From Balanoglossus misakiensis (Eukaryota > Animalia > Hemichordata), in assembly GCA_040954595.2 (NCBI GenBank), contig CM082590.2, positions 7,874,001 to 7,938,000 on the forward strand: 64,000 nt of DNA, read 5' to 3'. Under the pieces are notes generated by a model, which ran no database searches, was not told the DNA's origin, and worked only from the letters and a program-made list of their open reading frames with translations. Below, piece after piece: positions 20,601-31,780 of the stretch (position 1 is its first letter; every line of letters starts with the position of its first letter). A program made the position numbers and the translations under genes.

Positions 20601-23151
20601 ATTCAAATTGGCATACATTAATGTGCAACATGAAAATTTTCATGTATCAAAATGTTTCTTTTCTTTTGTATAGCTTTTGTTTGTGAAGAAGTCATCTCCT
20701 GAAAGAGAAGATGTCGTGGTATTGGATCCAAACTGGTTGTGTTACAGGATATTTGGACCAATGTTGGCTACCCCCTTATTTGCAGAATTCAGTTCCAGAT
20801 TTGACAGAAATTGTTTTCAGACGATGGAGAAGATAAAAGATGTACTTAGTGAAGGTGTAAACATCAATCTTCTCATCGACCTTCTAGAGGATTTTGAGCT
20901 TCTCTGTCCAGCACATATCACAAAGACTGGGGAGAAACTTTTCTTCATACCAGGGCTTCAAGACGATGATATGCCTAAAGATCAATGGAAATTGAATCGC
21001 ATGAAGACAATCTACCGTGGAATGCGGTTTGAATGCCATGATGAATCAGATTCCTTTACGGCAGGCTTCTTCCCAAGATTACAGACCCGTCTATATAAGC
21101 ATTTCACCAACCTTGGCCAGCCGCCCAGTGGCATATGGAGAAATGGTATCAAAGTGTGCCATGATGTTGAAGGTCTTGTCTTTATGACCAATGGCAGAAG
21201 AGCAGTCAATGTCTGCGTACGAGTTGAAGACAAGAAGTTGATTGGTGAGGGCTACAAGCTTCTTGAGATGGTTTCCAAAGAAGTACATGATGTCTTCTTA
21301 ATCGCATGTCCAGGCAACAGGATGAATCAGCTTATCCTGAGTGCAGATTCTCTTGCAAACCACGACATGGAACAAGTTGGGTTTTACACTCTTGATGACG
21401 TGCTACGTGCAGAAGGCATGGGGAGGAAAGTGTACAACGAGGAAGTTGGTAAAGCAGAAGATGTTTGTGACCTGCTTTGTCAAGGTCATGACACAACAAT
21501 CTTACTGAAGAAGTGGAAAAGCTGTGATATCAAATGGATGCTTGAAGAAACCAGAAAGACACTGACTGAGAGAATGGACATTCAACGTGCACCATCTTTG
21601 CACTACGCCTGCATGGCCGAACATATGGGAATCGTCTACCAGGATGTCAGGGCACTTGAAGAGATTGCGGGTCGGGCAGGCAAACCAGTTACAGAATACA
21701 TCTTTGTAGAGTGGTGTCGTAGATGCGCAGGGAAGAAACAACTTCGACGAGGACAAGACACCACTACAGCTGCAGAATTCCCGACCACTTCTCATGACAC
21801 ACATGATGTTGATAGTGGTTTTGCAACGATGTCACCGTCATCACAACCACCAGACTCAAGCGTCCAATTCCAACGAGGACAAGACACCACTACAGCTGCA
21901 GAATTCCTGACCACTTCTCATGACACACATGATGTTGATAGTGGTTTTGCAACGATGTCACCGTCATCACAACAACCAGGCCCAAGCGTCCAATTCCAAC
22001 GAGGACAAGACACCACTACAGCTGCAGAATTCCTGACCACTTCTCATGACACACATGATGTTGATAGTGGTTTTGCAACGATGTCACCATCATCACAACC
22101 ACCAGACTCAAGCGTCCAATTCCAACGAGGAAAAGACACCACTACAGCTGCAGAATTCCCAACCACTTCTCATGACACACATGATGTTGATAGTGGTTTG
22201 GCAACGATGTCACCGTCATCACAACCACCAGACTCAAGCGTCCAATTCCAACGAGGACAAGACACCACTACAGCTGCAGAATTCCTGACCACTTCTCATG
22301 ACACACATGATGTTGATAGTGGTTTTGCAACGATGTCACCGTCATCACAACAACCAGGCCCAAGCGTCCAATTCCAACGAGGACAAGACACCACTACAGC
22401 TGCAGAATTCCTGACCACTTCTCATGACACACATGATGTTGATAGTGGTTTTGCAACGATGTCACCATCATCACAACCACCAGACTCAAGCGTCCAATTC
22501 CAACGAGGAAAAGACACCACTACAGCTGCAGAATTCCCAACCACTTCTCATGACACACATGATGTTGATAGTGGTTTGGCAACGATGTCACCGTCATCAC
22601 AACCACCAGACTCAAGCGTCCAATTCCGACGAGGACAAGACACCACTACAGCTGCAGAATTCCCGGCCACTTCTCATGACACACATGATGTTGATAGTGG
22701 TTTTGCAACGATGTCACCATCATCACAACCACCAGACTCAAGCGTCCAATTCCAACGAGGAAAAGACACCACTACAGCTGCAGAATTCCTGACCACTTCT
22801 CATGACACACATAATGTTGATAGTGGTTTGGCAACGATGTCACCATCATCACAACCACCAGACTCAAGCGTCCAATTCCAACGAGGACAAGACACCACTA
22901 CAGCTGCAGGTGCCAGTGCCATCTCATATGACATAGATGCCACCGAAGATTGTCTTGCTGAAATGCACACATCATCATCCTCACAAGTTTCAAGGGCCCA
23001 GAAAACAACAAAACCGAAGTATCCACATGTAACGGGACCTGTCTTCGAAAGCAACTTTGAGAATCTGTTGGCAATATTCTACACCATGGGAAGAGACGAC
23101 ATGGTCGGATTGATTGAACAGATGTTCGAGAAATTGGAAGAACGCAGATAG
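5643..23151 (+). CDS. Ankyrin-repeat Roc-COR death-domain protein (ROCO family, DAPK1-like without kinase), about 1,900 aa if all exons are used
   Basis: Proposed exons: 5643-5672 (MAFQKYKDPW), 6508-6600, 8086-8190, 19 ANK exons within 9491-14039, 14364-14477 (GC donor), 15289-15354, 15541-15660 (P-loop GYGGVGKTT), 18281-18349, 18573-18812 (G2 TPGID, G3 WDFAGQPEYYVTH), 19141-19285 (G4-like VASRAD), 19551-19699, 20105-20320, 20674-23151 (COR: VVLDPNWLC, FFPRLQ, WRNGI; split death domain). All junctions are phase-compatible. Confidence 0.88.
6704..7186 (+). mobile_element. Non-autonomous repeat family with sub-terminal hairpin (CryptonV-like by recollection), copy A
   Basis: Begins ttaagctataacccccg and ends ccaatcagaatggtggacggtagcatgatata; homologous to copies at 7347-7912 (inverted) and 15673-16024. 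Confidence 0.7.
7347..7912 (-). mobile_element. Same family, copy B (inverted relative to A), with intact hairpin of about 140 bp at 7768-7909
   Basis: agcaataacccccg...gggtacaattcg...cgaattgtaccc...cgggggttattgct palindrome; the remainder is the reverse complement of 6840-7186. Confidence 0.75.
9420..14070 (+). repeat. Tandem array of 19 intron+ankyrin-exon cassettes (about 230-290 bp each)
   Basis: Exons 9491-9589, 9736-9837, 10008-10106, 10241-10339, 10486-10584, 10734-10835, 10970-11068, 11243-11341, 11476-11574, 11709-11807, 11957-12058, 12193-12294, 12484-12582, 12724-12825, 12972-13070, 13228-13326, 13461-13562, 13697-13795 and 13941-14039. Each is 99 or 102 bp, with cttacag| and AAG|gtaaat boundaries. 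Introns are near-identical except for a variable (TTTG)n tract. Confidence 0.95.
15673..16024 (+). mobile_element. Same family, copy C (internally deleted), 12 bp downstream of the P-loop exon donor
   Basis: ttaagcaataacc...ggggttattgctattatattatatcaacaattg...ccaatcagaatggcagacggtagcatgg. Confidence 0.7.
16290..16811 (+). pseudogene. Partial intragenic duplication of about 15080-15611 (last ANK-cap exon plus 5' part of the P-loop exon)
   Basis: Near-identical copy with exon 16495-16560 (TGKTPLDVASRSVRNVLLDYMW, intact AG/GT) and an exon from 16740 (KRDEFNDLMKEPGKKCDIHKLFFA) that breaks just before the P-loop and reads CGKTDL-stop. Confidence 0.85.
17887..18163 (-). mobile_element. Related hairpin-ended element
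   Basis: ataatagcaatcaaacacccccagccatggtatacc...ggtataccatggctggggtgttttattgcttaa palindrome at 18065-18160, the same terminal architecture as copies A-C. Confidence 0.55.
21748..22908 (+). repeat. Coding minisatellite, 126 bp (42 aa) x 9 plus a degenerate tenth unit
   Basis: Unit RG(Q/K)DTTTAAEF(P/L)TTSHDTHDVDSG(F/L)ATMSPSSQ(PPDS/QPGP)SVQFQ starts at 21748, 21874 ... 22882, an exact 126-bp period. Units 2-4 recur as units 5-7. Confidence 0.97.
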
Positions 23152-23671
23152 ACTGAATGCAGAACAGATGTTCGAGACATCGGAAGAACGCAGATAGACT
23201 GAATGCAGAACAGATGTTCGAGACATCGGAAGAACGCAGATAGACTGAATGCAGAACAGATGTTCGAGAAATTGGAAGAACGCAGATAGACTGAATGCAG
23301 AACAGATGTTCGAGACATCGGAAGAACGCAGATAGACTGAATGCAGAACAGATGTTCGAGACATCGGAAGAACGCAGATAGACTGAATGCAGAACAGATG
23401 TTCGAGACATCGGAAGAACGCAGATAGACTGAATGCAGAACAGATGTTCGAGACATCGGAAGAACGCAGATAGACTGAATGCAGAACAGATGTTCGAGAA
23501 ATTGGAAGAACGCAGATAGACTGAATGCAGAACAGATGTTCGAGACATTGGAAGAACGCAGATAGACTGAATGCAGAACAGATGTTCGAGACATCGGAAG
23601 AACGCAGATAGACTGAATGCAGAACAGATGTTCGAGACATTGGAAGAACGCAGATAGACTGAATGCAGAAC
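23116..23671 (+). repeat. 46-bp tandem repeat x 12 spanning the ROCO stop codon into the 3' UTR
   Basis: Unit gaacagatgttcgaga(c/a)at(c/t)ggaagaacgcagatagactgaatgca, with starts at 23116, 23162 ... The first unit encodes EQMFEKLEERR-TAG. Confidence 0.97.
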
Positions 23672-24901
23672 TTGTGCTGAAAAATGACAGAAAAATGTCA
23701 AAACTGGAATTCATTTGTGTCGAATTCCACCCACTAACCCAAAACCATGTGTGTGAAATGAATATCAGAATTTTAAGAATTTGTCTATTCACAGGATTGT
23801 CAATAGACGCAACGCATGGACATGGACTTCAATCATTCATAAAGTTTACATGAATAACTTTACTTGGAGTTAATACCTTGTCAAACAAATCAGAAAATTA
23901 ATATCTTTTCTCATTTTATGTTACCCAGAAAATCACTCATTTGAACGAGAGACTTCTAAAGGAAAAGTTACCTGAGAGTAGAATAATATTGATTGGTAGA
24001 ATGGTATTTCTTTCCAAGACATTTTGTGCTAGTACAATAGTGTAGTTAGATTTTGTGTTTTTTTATGGATATTCTGAACAACCGTTTGTTTTCATACAAT
24101 CTGTTCCTTGTTTCTTGATGGCAACTTGTCAAAACTCAATGAAGTGTATGTAATGTTTGTGTGCAAAAATATGTACAGTATACTTTCAATCACACAGACA
24201 GACAGACGGACGGACAGACAGACAGACAGACAGATGATACCAAGCGAAGAAGTCATGATGAACCAATATCTTTTATTTTTAATGGCAGCATTTTTTAAAG
24301 ATGCATTTTGCTTTTATCAAATAATATGTACAATTGATGCTCTTTAATAGGATGAAGGTTTTATTGAAATTTGCCTTGTGTGTCCAAGTATTCATTTATG
24401 TGATTGTTGTACACATTCATGTTTGAGTTGACCGGAAATAGATTGAAGGAAACTTCCAAAATACCTGCCTGGCATAAAAATTCAGAACTCATGTTTAAAT
24501 TTTCAAGAATTTGTTGTTTTTTCGTGGGAAACTGCCCATAGAATTACATGAAGATGCTGAAAATCTTTACCACATCACAACACCACTAGAAAACTGGAGT
24601 TATCGTCCGTTTATGATACAAAGTCAAATGGATGTTTTTTAATAAGTTAATTGACTGTCCTAAATGTTTTATGACATTTCCTTTAGGATTGAAGAAGTTT
24701 TTATTGGTGCAAAAGTTAAGTGAGAAGAGTCAGTTTTCTATAATGAGTACTGGTATGTCACTGATGTCAACGGTTTGTCTCGTCACCCTTTCACCACAAT
24801 GGTTCAGTCCAAACCCATTGTTTGCTATGGTGAGGTTGGACCTCTAAAGAGGGAACTGGGGGTCGAAGGGTTCAAGTTCAGCTTTGTGACTCTCATCTCG
24901 G

Positions 24902-27383
24902 CTAGTATGTCCAATTTTGGGGGAACCACTTGCCCATACTGACTGCAGAGTTATTTATGTGTATGATCTCGTTTTCGCGTACTTCCATGTCTGAGCTGGA
25001 GCCAGTGTTGGAAAAATCAAGTTTTACAGGGAATGGCTGGAAAGATGGAGATGGTGTGATTCCCAATGCACTGGAAGTATCTGAAGGTCTCTTTTGAAGA
25101 TGCGCTGCTTGGTCACTGTTTCCCGTGCACACATTTTGATGACGCGACACTCTGTCACCACTTTCTGTGCACACATTTTGATGATGCGACATTCTGTCAC
25201 CACTTTCTGTGCACACATTTTGATGATGAGACATTCTGTCACTATTTCTCGTGTAGACATCGCCCTGGCTGGAATTCTGTCCTGTCGACGCACTTTCATC
25301 CACAGTCATATACACCGGGCCATCCAAACTGCCCCGAACAGTTTTCTTCGGGAAATTCACAGTTCCGATCACGGGGGTGATACCAAGTTCATGCTCAGTT
25401 TTCTCAGAATCCCGACTGCCTTCATTCTCTGCAACAGTAATGTGTCCTAAGTGCCACAGGAAATTGATAATTATTGGTATATCTGAAAGAGGAAAAAAAA
25501 CAGAAAAAAACTTGCTGATCTTATTGAAAACAAGTGACCTAGCATTGACATAGCATACCTGTGATATGACAATATTCCGTGAATTCTGTCTAAACTGAAA
25601 CCTGTCTAATTTTAAGGAGAGTGCAAATTCAACGCATTGATTCGAATAGGCAACATCTGGGAATGTAGCTCTTCTGTGGTTATATCGACCAGTCACCAAA
25701 GCTACCTGGTCTGATAAAACCAGCCTGGCGAGGCTTGTATAAAAATATTATTGTCTGAATACATCGCGTGTGGGCCCTTGCGACTGGAGACCATTTGCTC
25801 TCATGCATCAGGAGATGGCTCCAGTGCTTGAGCCCATAAACCTATGTATTCAGGCGATAATGTATAATACTTACCACCTTCAGACAGTGTGTGACTGCTG
25901 AACCTTCGCACACATTTCTGGCAATATGCGTCTAGATGCTGTCCGTAGTCCCTTAGATTAATGGCTCCTTGCTGTGTGTGCCCTGAAACAAGGCAAAAAA
26001 GTTAATGGCTACCAACTGTAACACTGACACATTCATCAATTTTAGATGATCAGAAAAGAATGGAAGTTTAAAAGATCTATCTAATCTGGGAACCTGTCTA
26101 AACCGAACGTTTTTTTCTGTCCCTTTGTCATAGAAGCATGTTAAAGAACCTCTATATACCGGACGCCTCTGTAAACCGAACAGTCCATTCAGTGTTCAGT
26201 TTAGACAGGTTTGACTGTACCTTTAAACAACTAGTTTACCTTCTCTGTGTGTGTGATTAAATACTCCTGGAACTTCTCCATCAGTAGTGGGCTTGGTAAC
26301 TTCATGTCCACTGTTAGTGTTACAGTTTGATGTACAGTCTTCTGATTGTCTCCGTCGGTAAAACCGAGCCTCGAAATTCTTCGAATCGACTCTTTTCGTT
26401 TGCTTTGCATGAAGGCAGTAGTTTGTGTATTCTACAGAGCAGTTGGCTTCTTTGGAGATCTCTCTCAGTTTGTTCCCGAGTGTGTTCTTTCCAACGGGCG
26501 AGTTGTCATACCATTCGCCATACTCTCCATCTTCTTCGACTGTCTTCTTTGGTCGTTGCCAGAATGCAGAACAGAACGGGTTCAAGTGGTTTAAATACCG
26601 TTCAAATGATCTGACCGCGCAGTAAGGGTTGCCCGGGTCCTCGTAAATCCTGTCCGAGCCCTCGCTCTTGCAATCACCATGGAAACTTAACTTCTTACTC
26701 ACATTGCTGGTGCTGCTTCGAAACTTACGAAAGGCAACGTACTTTCTTCCCTTCTGATCAACGTAGATGTCAAAATCACACTTTGCGAGATCTCGGAGAC
26801 TGTCACGACCGATGATGTTCCTGAGATTCACCAAAATGTCAATGAACACTTTATTTTGAAGTCCGCGGGGGGTATTTTGATCCGTCGCAGATGAGCACAA
26901 TATTTTCGCCATATCCGCTTCGGTGACATACTTTGGCTGGTTTACTTTAGGGGATGCCCGTCGTTCATTTCTCAGAGTCGCTAGCACGGCTGCAAAAACC
27001 TCGTTGGCTGGTCTGAACGACTCGTTTTTTATGATATCCACACCGCGTATTTTCCTGAAGTGATGCTGAAGGCCGTACCTTATTGTAATAATTGATTTGA
27101 TGGCATATTTCTGTCCGTTGCTTTGGCGAACACCAGCGTAGAAGTGCCGCAGAAATGTACACAAGTCTTTACAAGGCTTCTGCTCGACATCAGCCAACGA
27201 TGTACCTGAAGCGGCACAGTACTGCTTGAAGATATTAACGGCGCACCTGATTATATTCTTCGTCTTCTGAGAATGTCTATTCTCTACAATTTGGTGAAGC
27301 TGCTCTTCCGTTACTGACACAAAACGCGAGTTATCAACTGAATGATCGCCCAAACCTGGATTTAACATTGGTACAGCCGCCAT
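24902..27383 (-). CDS. DUF3504-domain protein (KIAA1958/QRICH1/ZMYM/KCTD1-like), derived from a Crypton tyrosine recombinase, apparently catalytically dead
   Basis: The 27383-26240 exon has family motifs SRFVSVTEEQL, LRHFYAGVRQSNGQKY, IRYGLQHHF, TPRGLQNKVF, CAVRSFERYL, FWQRPK and WYDNSPVGKNTLG. It splices in phase 1 to 25982-25875 and then to 25482-24902 (low-complexity tail). The 3' end is less certain. Confidence 0.8.
25125..25250 (-). repeat. Coding 42-bp (14 aa) tandem repeat x about 3 in the DUF3504 gene tail
   Basis: DRMSHHQNVCTESG repeated; gtgcacacattttgatga recurs at 25125, 25167 and 25209. Confidence 0.85.
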
Positions 27384-27977
27384 ATTTGATCTGGGCGCAT
27401 GCGTATATTGTCACAATTACGTCATTTGTTATGGGAGAGTACCCTTTTACGACATTTGAGACTTACGCCAGCCAGTGGTCACTCTTACAGCAGACCTTCG
27501 TTTTCTCCAGGAATAACTTTGTTCAGGAAACGCCCACCATTTTTCAGGCTAGTGGATTTAACTGACAACATGTATATATGGGAATTTCCTGCAACAATTG
27601 TTTTGTCAGAGTCTTCCTAAATAAGACTACCTGATCAAAATATAAAGCTTGTCCAATAAACCATTTTCCAAACTCCCCAAGGCCCTAAGATCTCGGGACT
27701 ACCAGACAGTTTATATGATAATAGAAATATATATCGCCAGCGATATACGTTTCTCTTGAAATATAATCACCACAATACTACAGTTCAATATTTTCATAGT
27801 AAATATCGATTTTTATTTCTATTATAACATGCATTGGAAATCCTCTTTTAGTTATCAAATAATACACAGATAGTTCCCCATACAAATATTACAGAAATTA
27901 AACAGCGTAGAAAAGGTTGTTGGAACGATATACTATTTTTTTTTTCACTGGTGGACTATCAATAATTGCAATACTGG

Positions 27978-29797
27978 TTATGATTCACTGTTTTCAGCAT
28001 ATTGAAGTCTGATGGTCCAGTCCAACAACTGGGGGAAAAACGTCCTCAGCACTATCACTGGTCGTGTTTGTAGATACGGATAATACGTCTCTTCTTCTCG
28101 CATGGCGGTCGCTTTCATCACGCGCAACGCTGTGTCCTCGGCCGTTGTCGCAAACAGAGACGGGTCGAGCACGCCCTCGGTGAACTTCAAGACGTTGTCG
28201 GTCTGGATGCTGCCGATGATGCAGATGGTGACCGAGACGTTGATGTCTTGGAGAGCGAAGTCTTGGCGCAGCGATTCGAAGAATCCGATAATCGCAAATT
28301 TGGACATACAGTACGATGTGGAGTAGGGGGTGCCTATTTTACCTGTAGGAATGAAAATGTATTTTTTTACCATCATATAGAAAGTTTGAGTGAATAGTGA
28401 ACCATGATTGTATAAAGAATATTGAGAATGTTCTCCTTGGGTTCTGAAAGCAGGGTACCTAATTTGCATAAGTTATGTATAAATTTGCATATTTAATATT
28501 TGCTTGAACTACTCATTGAACACTGCCACCATCATGAGACGCTCATTCTGATTGGCTCTGTACTTCCACAAATGTCTGCATAACCCAGAGCAGTCTCTTT
28601 TCAGTAATGCATATAGCAGTTGCCATAACGATGCCAGAGTGGTTTGAGACGTGTAAAACTCACCTGCAAAGCTAGACATGACTGCAACACTTCCATTGCT
28701 CTTCTTTAACAAAGGCAGGGCATGCGTAGTCAAGCTGACATACGCCCTCACATTGACATTGTAGTATCGATCCAAATCATCCATCTGGCCATCCCATAAT
28801 TCCAAATAGTTAGCCGTCATGTGATTAAGCACAAGATGATCTAATCCGCCAAATCGTCGCTCAGCTTCATCGATTAATCTTTTGGTATGATTAGCATTTC
28901 CCATATCAAGGGGAAGGTAGTAGATTTCCGCAGCACCTAGTTCCTTGCATTTCTGGGAAACCTGGGAAACATACAAAAAATGTGTAGTACAAAGCTATCA
29001 CATTGTTTGAAAAGGTGTACAGTGTAGCACTAGCAGTTACATAGTGCCTACTTTGACTTGCTACCAACTATATCATATATGGGACTCATACCAAACAGCT
29101 GAATACAGGACAACGCCCATATCTTACCCTTACACCCCTATTTCCCTGTCTACAGGTCGAACTTTACCATAGAAATCCAATGGATGTGGACCAAACCATG
29201 GAAGTGAGAGGTTAATACTGAAAGTTCACTTGCCTTCTGTAAGACATGCTCCCTCCTTGCAGTGATCAAAATTCTAGCACCAAGTCTCGCATAACTGTAA
29301 GCTAGTTGTTCACCAATGCCTGTACTTGCGCCGGTAATAATCACTCTCTTTCCTTTTATGGATTCTGAAAAAAAAGAAGACAAAAACTGTCTGTGGGGAG
29401 GATGGGAGTTCATACTCAATCTCAGGTGGTTGTGTTATGCCCTACCACAGAAACCCTCCCCTAGCCCCTTCCACGTAATGGTTCGACCCAGTTCCATTGA
29501 TATCTACGTGGTAAAGTTGGTCCTTTGCAAATGGGACTGGGGGTAGTGTTGGATGCATAATATGGTGGATCAATTCTAATTCACCCATGAAATGAGTTTA
29601 CTGACAATATTTTCGCTTCAAGGCACTTTGCAGTACTGATTCTCTGATTAGGGAAGGTGCACAAATTCAATTGAAATGCACAAACACTCACACTTTGCAA
29701 ATTGTATGTTTCACTTACCTGGATCGAAATTATCCCACAGACAATACGCGATGTATATTGCCAGAAATGTGGACAAAATCATCAGCTTCGATGCCAT
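27978..29797 (-). CDS. HSD11B1L: 11-beta-hydroxysteroid dehydrogenase 1-like short-chain dehydrogenase/reductase
   Basis: Exons 29797-29719 (hydrophobic N-terminus ending WDNFDP), 29364-29234 (TGASTGIG; GC donor gcaagt), 28961-28664 (GGLDHLVLNH, MSSFAG) and 28342-27978 (catalytic YCMSK, SVTICIIGSIQTD). Phases are compatible. Confidence 0.9.
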
Positions 29798-30205
29798 GAT
29801 TTTGCTGTAGGAAACACCGATTTCTCCTAGACCTTGTGCAGGAATCGACGGGTCATTTGAGTGTAAAAAAGGTCGCTGACCAATGTAAATAATAGCCGTG
29901 TCACGTAAGGCCAACCAGGCGGTGAACTTACATTGGAAAGTTCCAATATTACATAGGGGTTGTCGCTTTCATGTGTTCATTCGGATTTCGTCGTTCAGTC
30001 GTTTTTATCGTGCATAAACCTACATGAAACATTAGATATATACAGACTATAAGTAATCAGTAATGTCGTTGTGAGAAACACGATCTATAAAGTTTCCTAA
30101 TTAATTATGCATTGTGTTCTCACCCTAATTAGATTTGTAGACAGCGCTCGAAGGTAATCCAGGGTCATTGGAGTACGCCCCCAACGACTGAAGTCTAATT
30201 TCAAA
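29798..30205. promoter_or_regulatory. Putative bidirectional promoter between HSD11B1L-like and MICOS13
   Basis: Divergent start codons are about 408 bp apart. A YY1-like aaaatggcg overlaps the MICOS13 start, and CCAAT/ATTGG boxes occur at about 29880, 29932 and 29943. Confidence 0.6.
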
Positions 30206-31780
30206 ATGGCGCTCTCCTTGGTTAAGTAAGTGACCGTTTATTAAGTTTTTCTTTGATTATGTGGTGTTTACGTCAAACCAGTGAGAATTGTTCATGCGGA
30301 AATGATGGGGAAGCTATCAAGCATTGTAGTTTATGTGTTGACAAGTCGCAGATTGCGAAACAGCTTCTAAAACGGTCGATGTCTGCAGCGATGCGACCAA
30401 CATGAGTTTTGTAATTGAATCGCTGATGTCGTCAGACATAGATATTTATAGAAATCATAGTCCCTGCCCCTTGCTCTATAATGTCACTGTGGTATTGTGC
30501 AGCCAGTTGTGTTCAACAGACTTCCATGATTGCTGGTTGTTGTTGTTGGTGGTGTAGCTCTCGTAGACATAATTCCCCGGTCGTGTAGGATTGCATCATT
30601 TGTCACGTACGCATTGATAGTACATGTACATTGTACTGTATGACAAGTACATTAACTACAGTACTAGCAGTGTATATATAGCTAAATTGTATGTGGGCAT
30701 ACAACACGGTCCCACAACGAACTGTCCTCTCCTCCTAAACCCCACTGATAATATTACCAAGGTATTATGGCATTTCTTTATTTCAATAATTCCATTTAAC
30801 TTTTTTCTTCTTCAGAAATCTGACCAAACTGGCTATTGGAGCTGGAGCAGTGTACATCACCGTAGACCAGGGTCTGTGGGGAGATTCAGCCCAGGGCCCC
30901 CTCACTGTGAAAAGACTCTCCAATACACTACCAGCACAGAAAGATTACTTTGAAAGGGTAAGTCAGATTGCAGCCTGATATGGGTTGATAAGTGCTAAAA
31001 CAATTGTGTTGACATGCAACAAAATGAAATAATTGTTTTGGCACCAATCTCACTCCATAGCCTGACAATATTGAAGGTGTAATAATGACCTAGGAAACCA
31101 TTTGGAACTTGGAAGTTATATTTCAAAGTAACCTCAATTATATTAACACCAATCATAATGACTTTTTTTCTTTGGGCAGATCCCCAGTACAAGGCAGGTT
31201 GGTGATTACATGCGAGAGAACTGGAATTATGGTATGAAGAAGACATGTTTATTATTTGAGTGTCTGCATTGTTGATATGGGTTTTGTTGTTGTTGTTTTT
31301 AGGTCCCATTTGGTATATGTATATATACCATGGGATCTTTTGCATCTGTATGTATGTGGTTGTTTTGTTGTGGGTTGTTGTGTTGTTTTTTTGGGTGGGG
31401 GGGGGGGTAGTTGCTTAAACCTGCAACTCTCATAAACTTGAGTTTATGCTTGTCTGTTGTCTGGACTTGTATGTCTGTATGTATGTCTGTATGTATGTAT
31501 GTATGTATGTATGTATGTATGTATGTATGTACGTATGTACGTATGTATGTATGTACGTATGTATGTATGTATGTATGTATGTATGTGTGTGTACAAAGGA
31601 TATGTAGCCACTCTGAATGTCTGAATTAGACATTCACATCATCTGCTGGCCTTAATTACACATAACTAAACTTCTCCATTGTTCTTTTTCCGTCCAGGCG
31701 TTCAGAAGACGTTTGGAGCAGTAGCAGGAAGTCCGCAGTCGTTACGACAAGCTGTGCAGAAATACATCAAGAAAACGTGA
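30206..31780 (+). CDS. MICOS13: MICOS complex subunit MIC13/QIL1
   Basis: Exons 30206-30225, 30816-30957, 31180-31231 and 31698-31780 give MALSLVKNLTKLAIGAGAVYITVDQGLWGDSAQG...YMRENWNYGVQKTFGAVAGSPQSLRQAVQKYIKKT. The GxxxG/GAVY..DQ and R.xWNxG motifs match MIC13. The exons are too small to appear in the ORF track. Confidence 0.85.
31468..31592. repeat. (TATG)n microsatellite in MICOS13 intron 3
   Basis: Directly visible gtatgtatgt tract with tctg/tacg variants. Confidence 0.9.

Noticed and set aside
22046-22792. Alternative-frame His-rich ORFs
   Set aside because: Shadow frames of the 126-bp coding repeat.
23116-23671. CRISPR array
   Set aside because: Head-to-tail tandem units without spacers, in a eukaryotic context with no cas genes.
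22898-23792. Three overlapping long minus-strand ORFs (216-267 aa)
   Set aside because: Artefact of a 46-bp unit with no minus-strand stop codon, which leaves all three frames open. There is no independent coding evidence.
26223-27383. Active tyrosine recombinase that shuffles the ANK cassettes
   Set aside because: The catalytic Arg, HxxR and the terminal His/Tyr region appear lost, and I saw no recombination-site-like inverted repeats within the cassettes. Homologous recombination is sufficient to explain the array.
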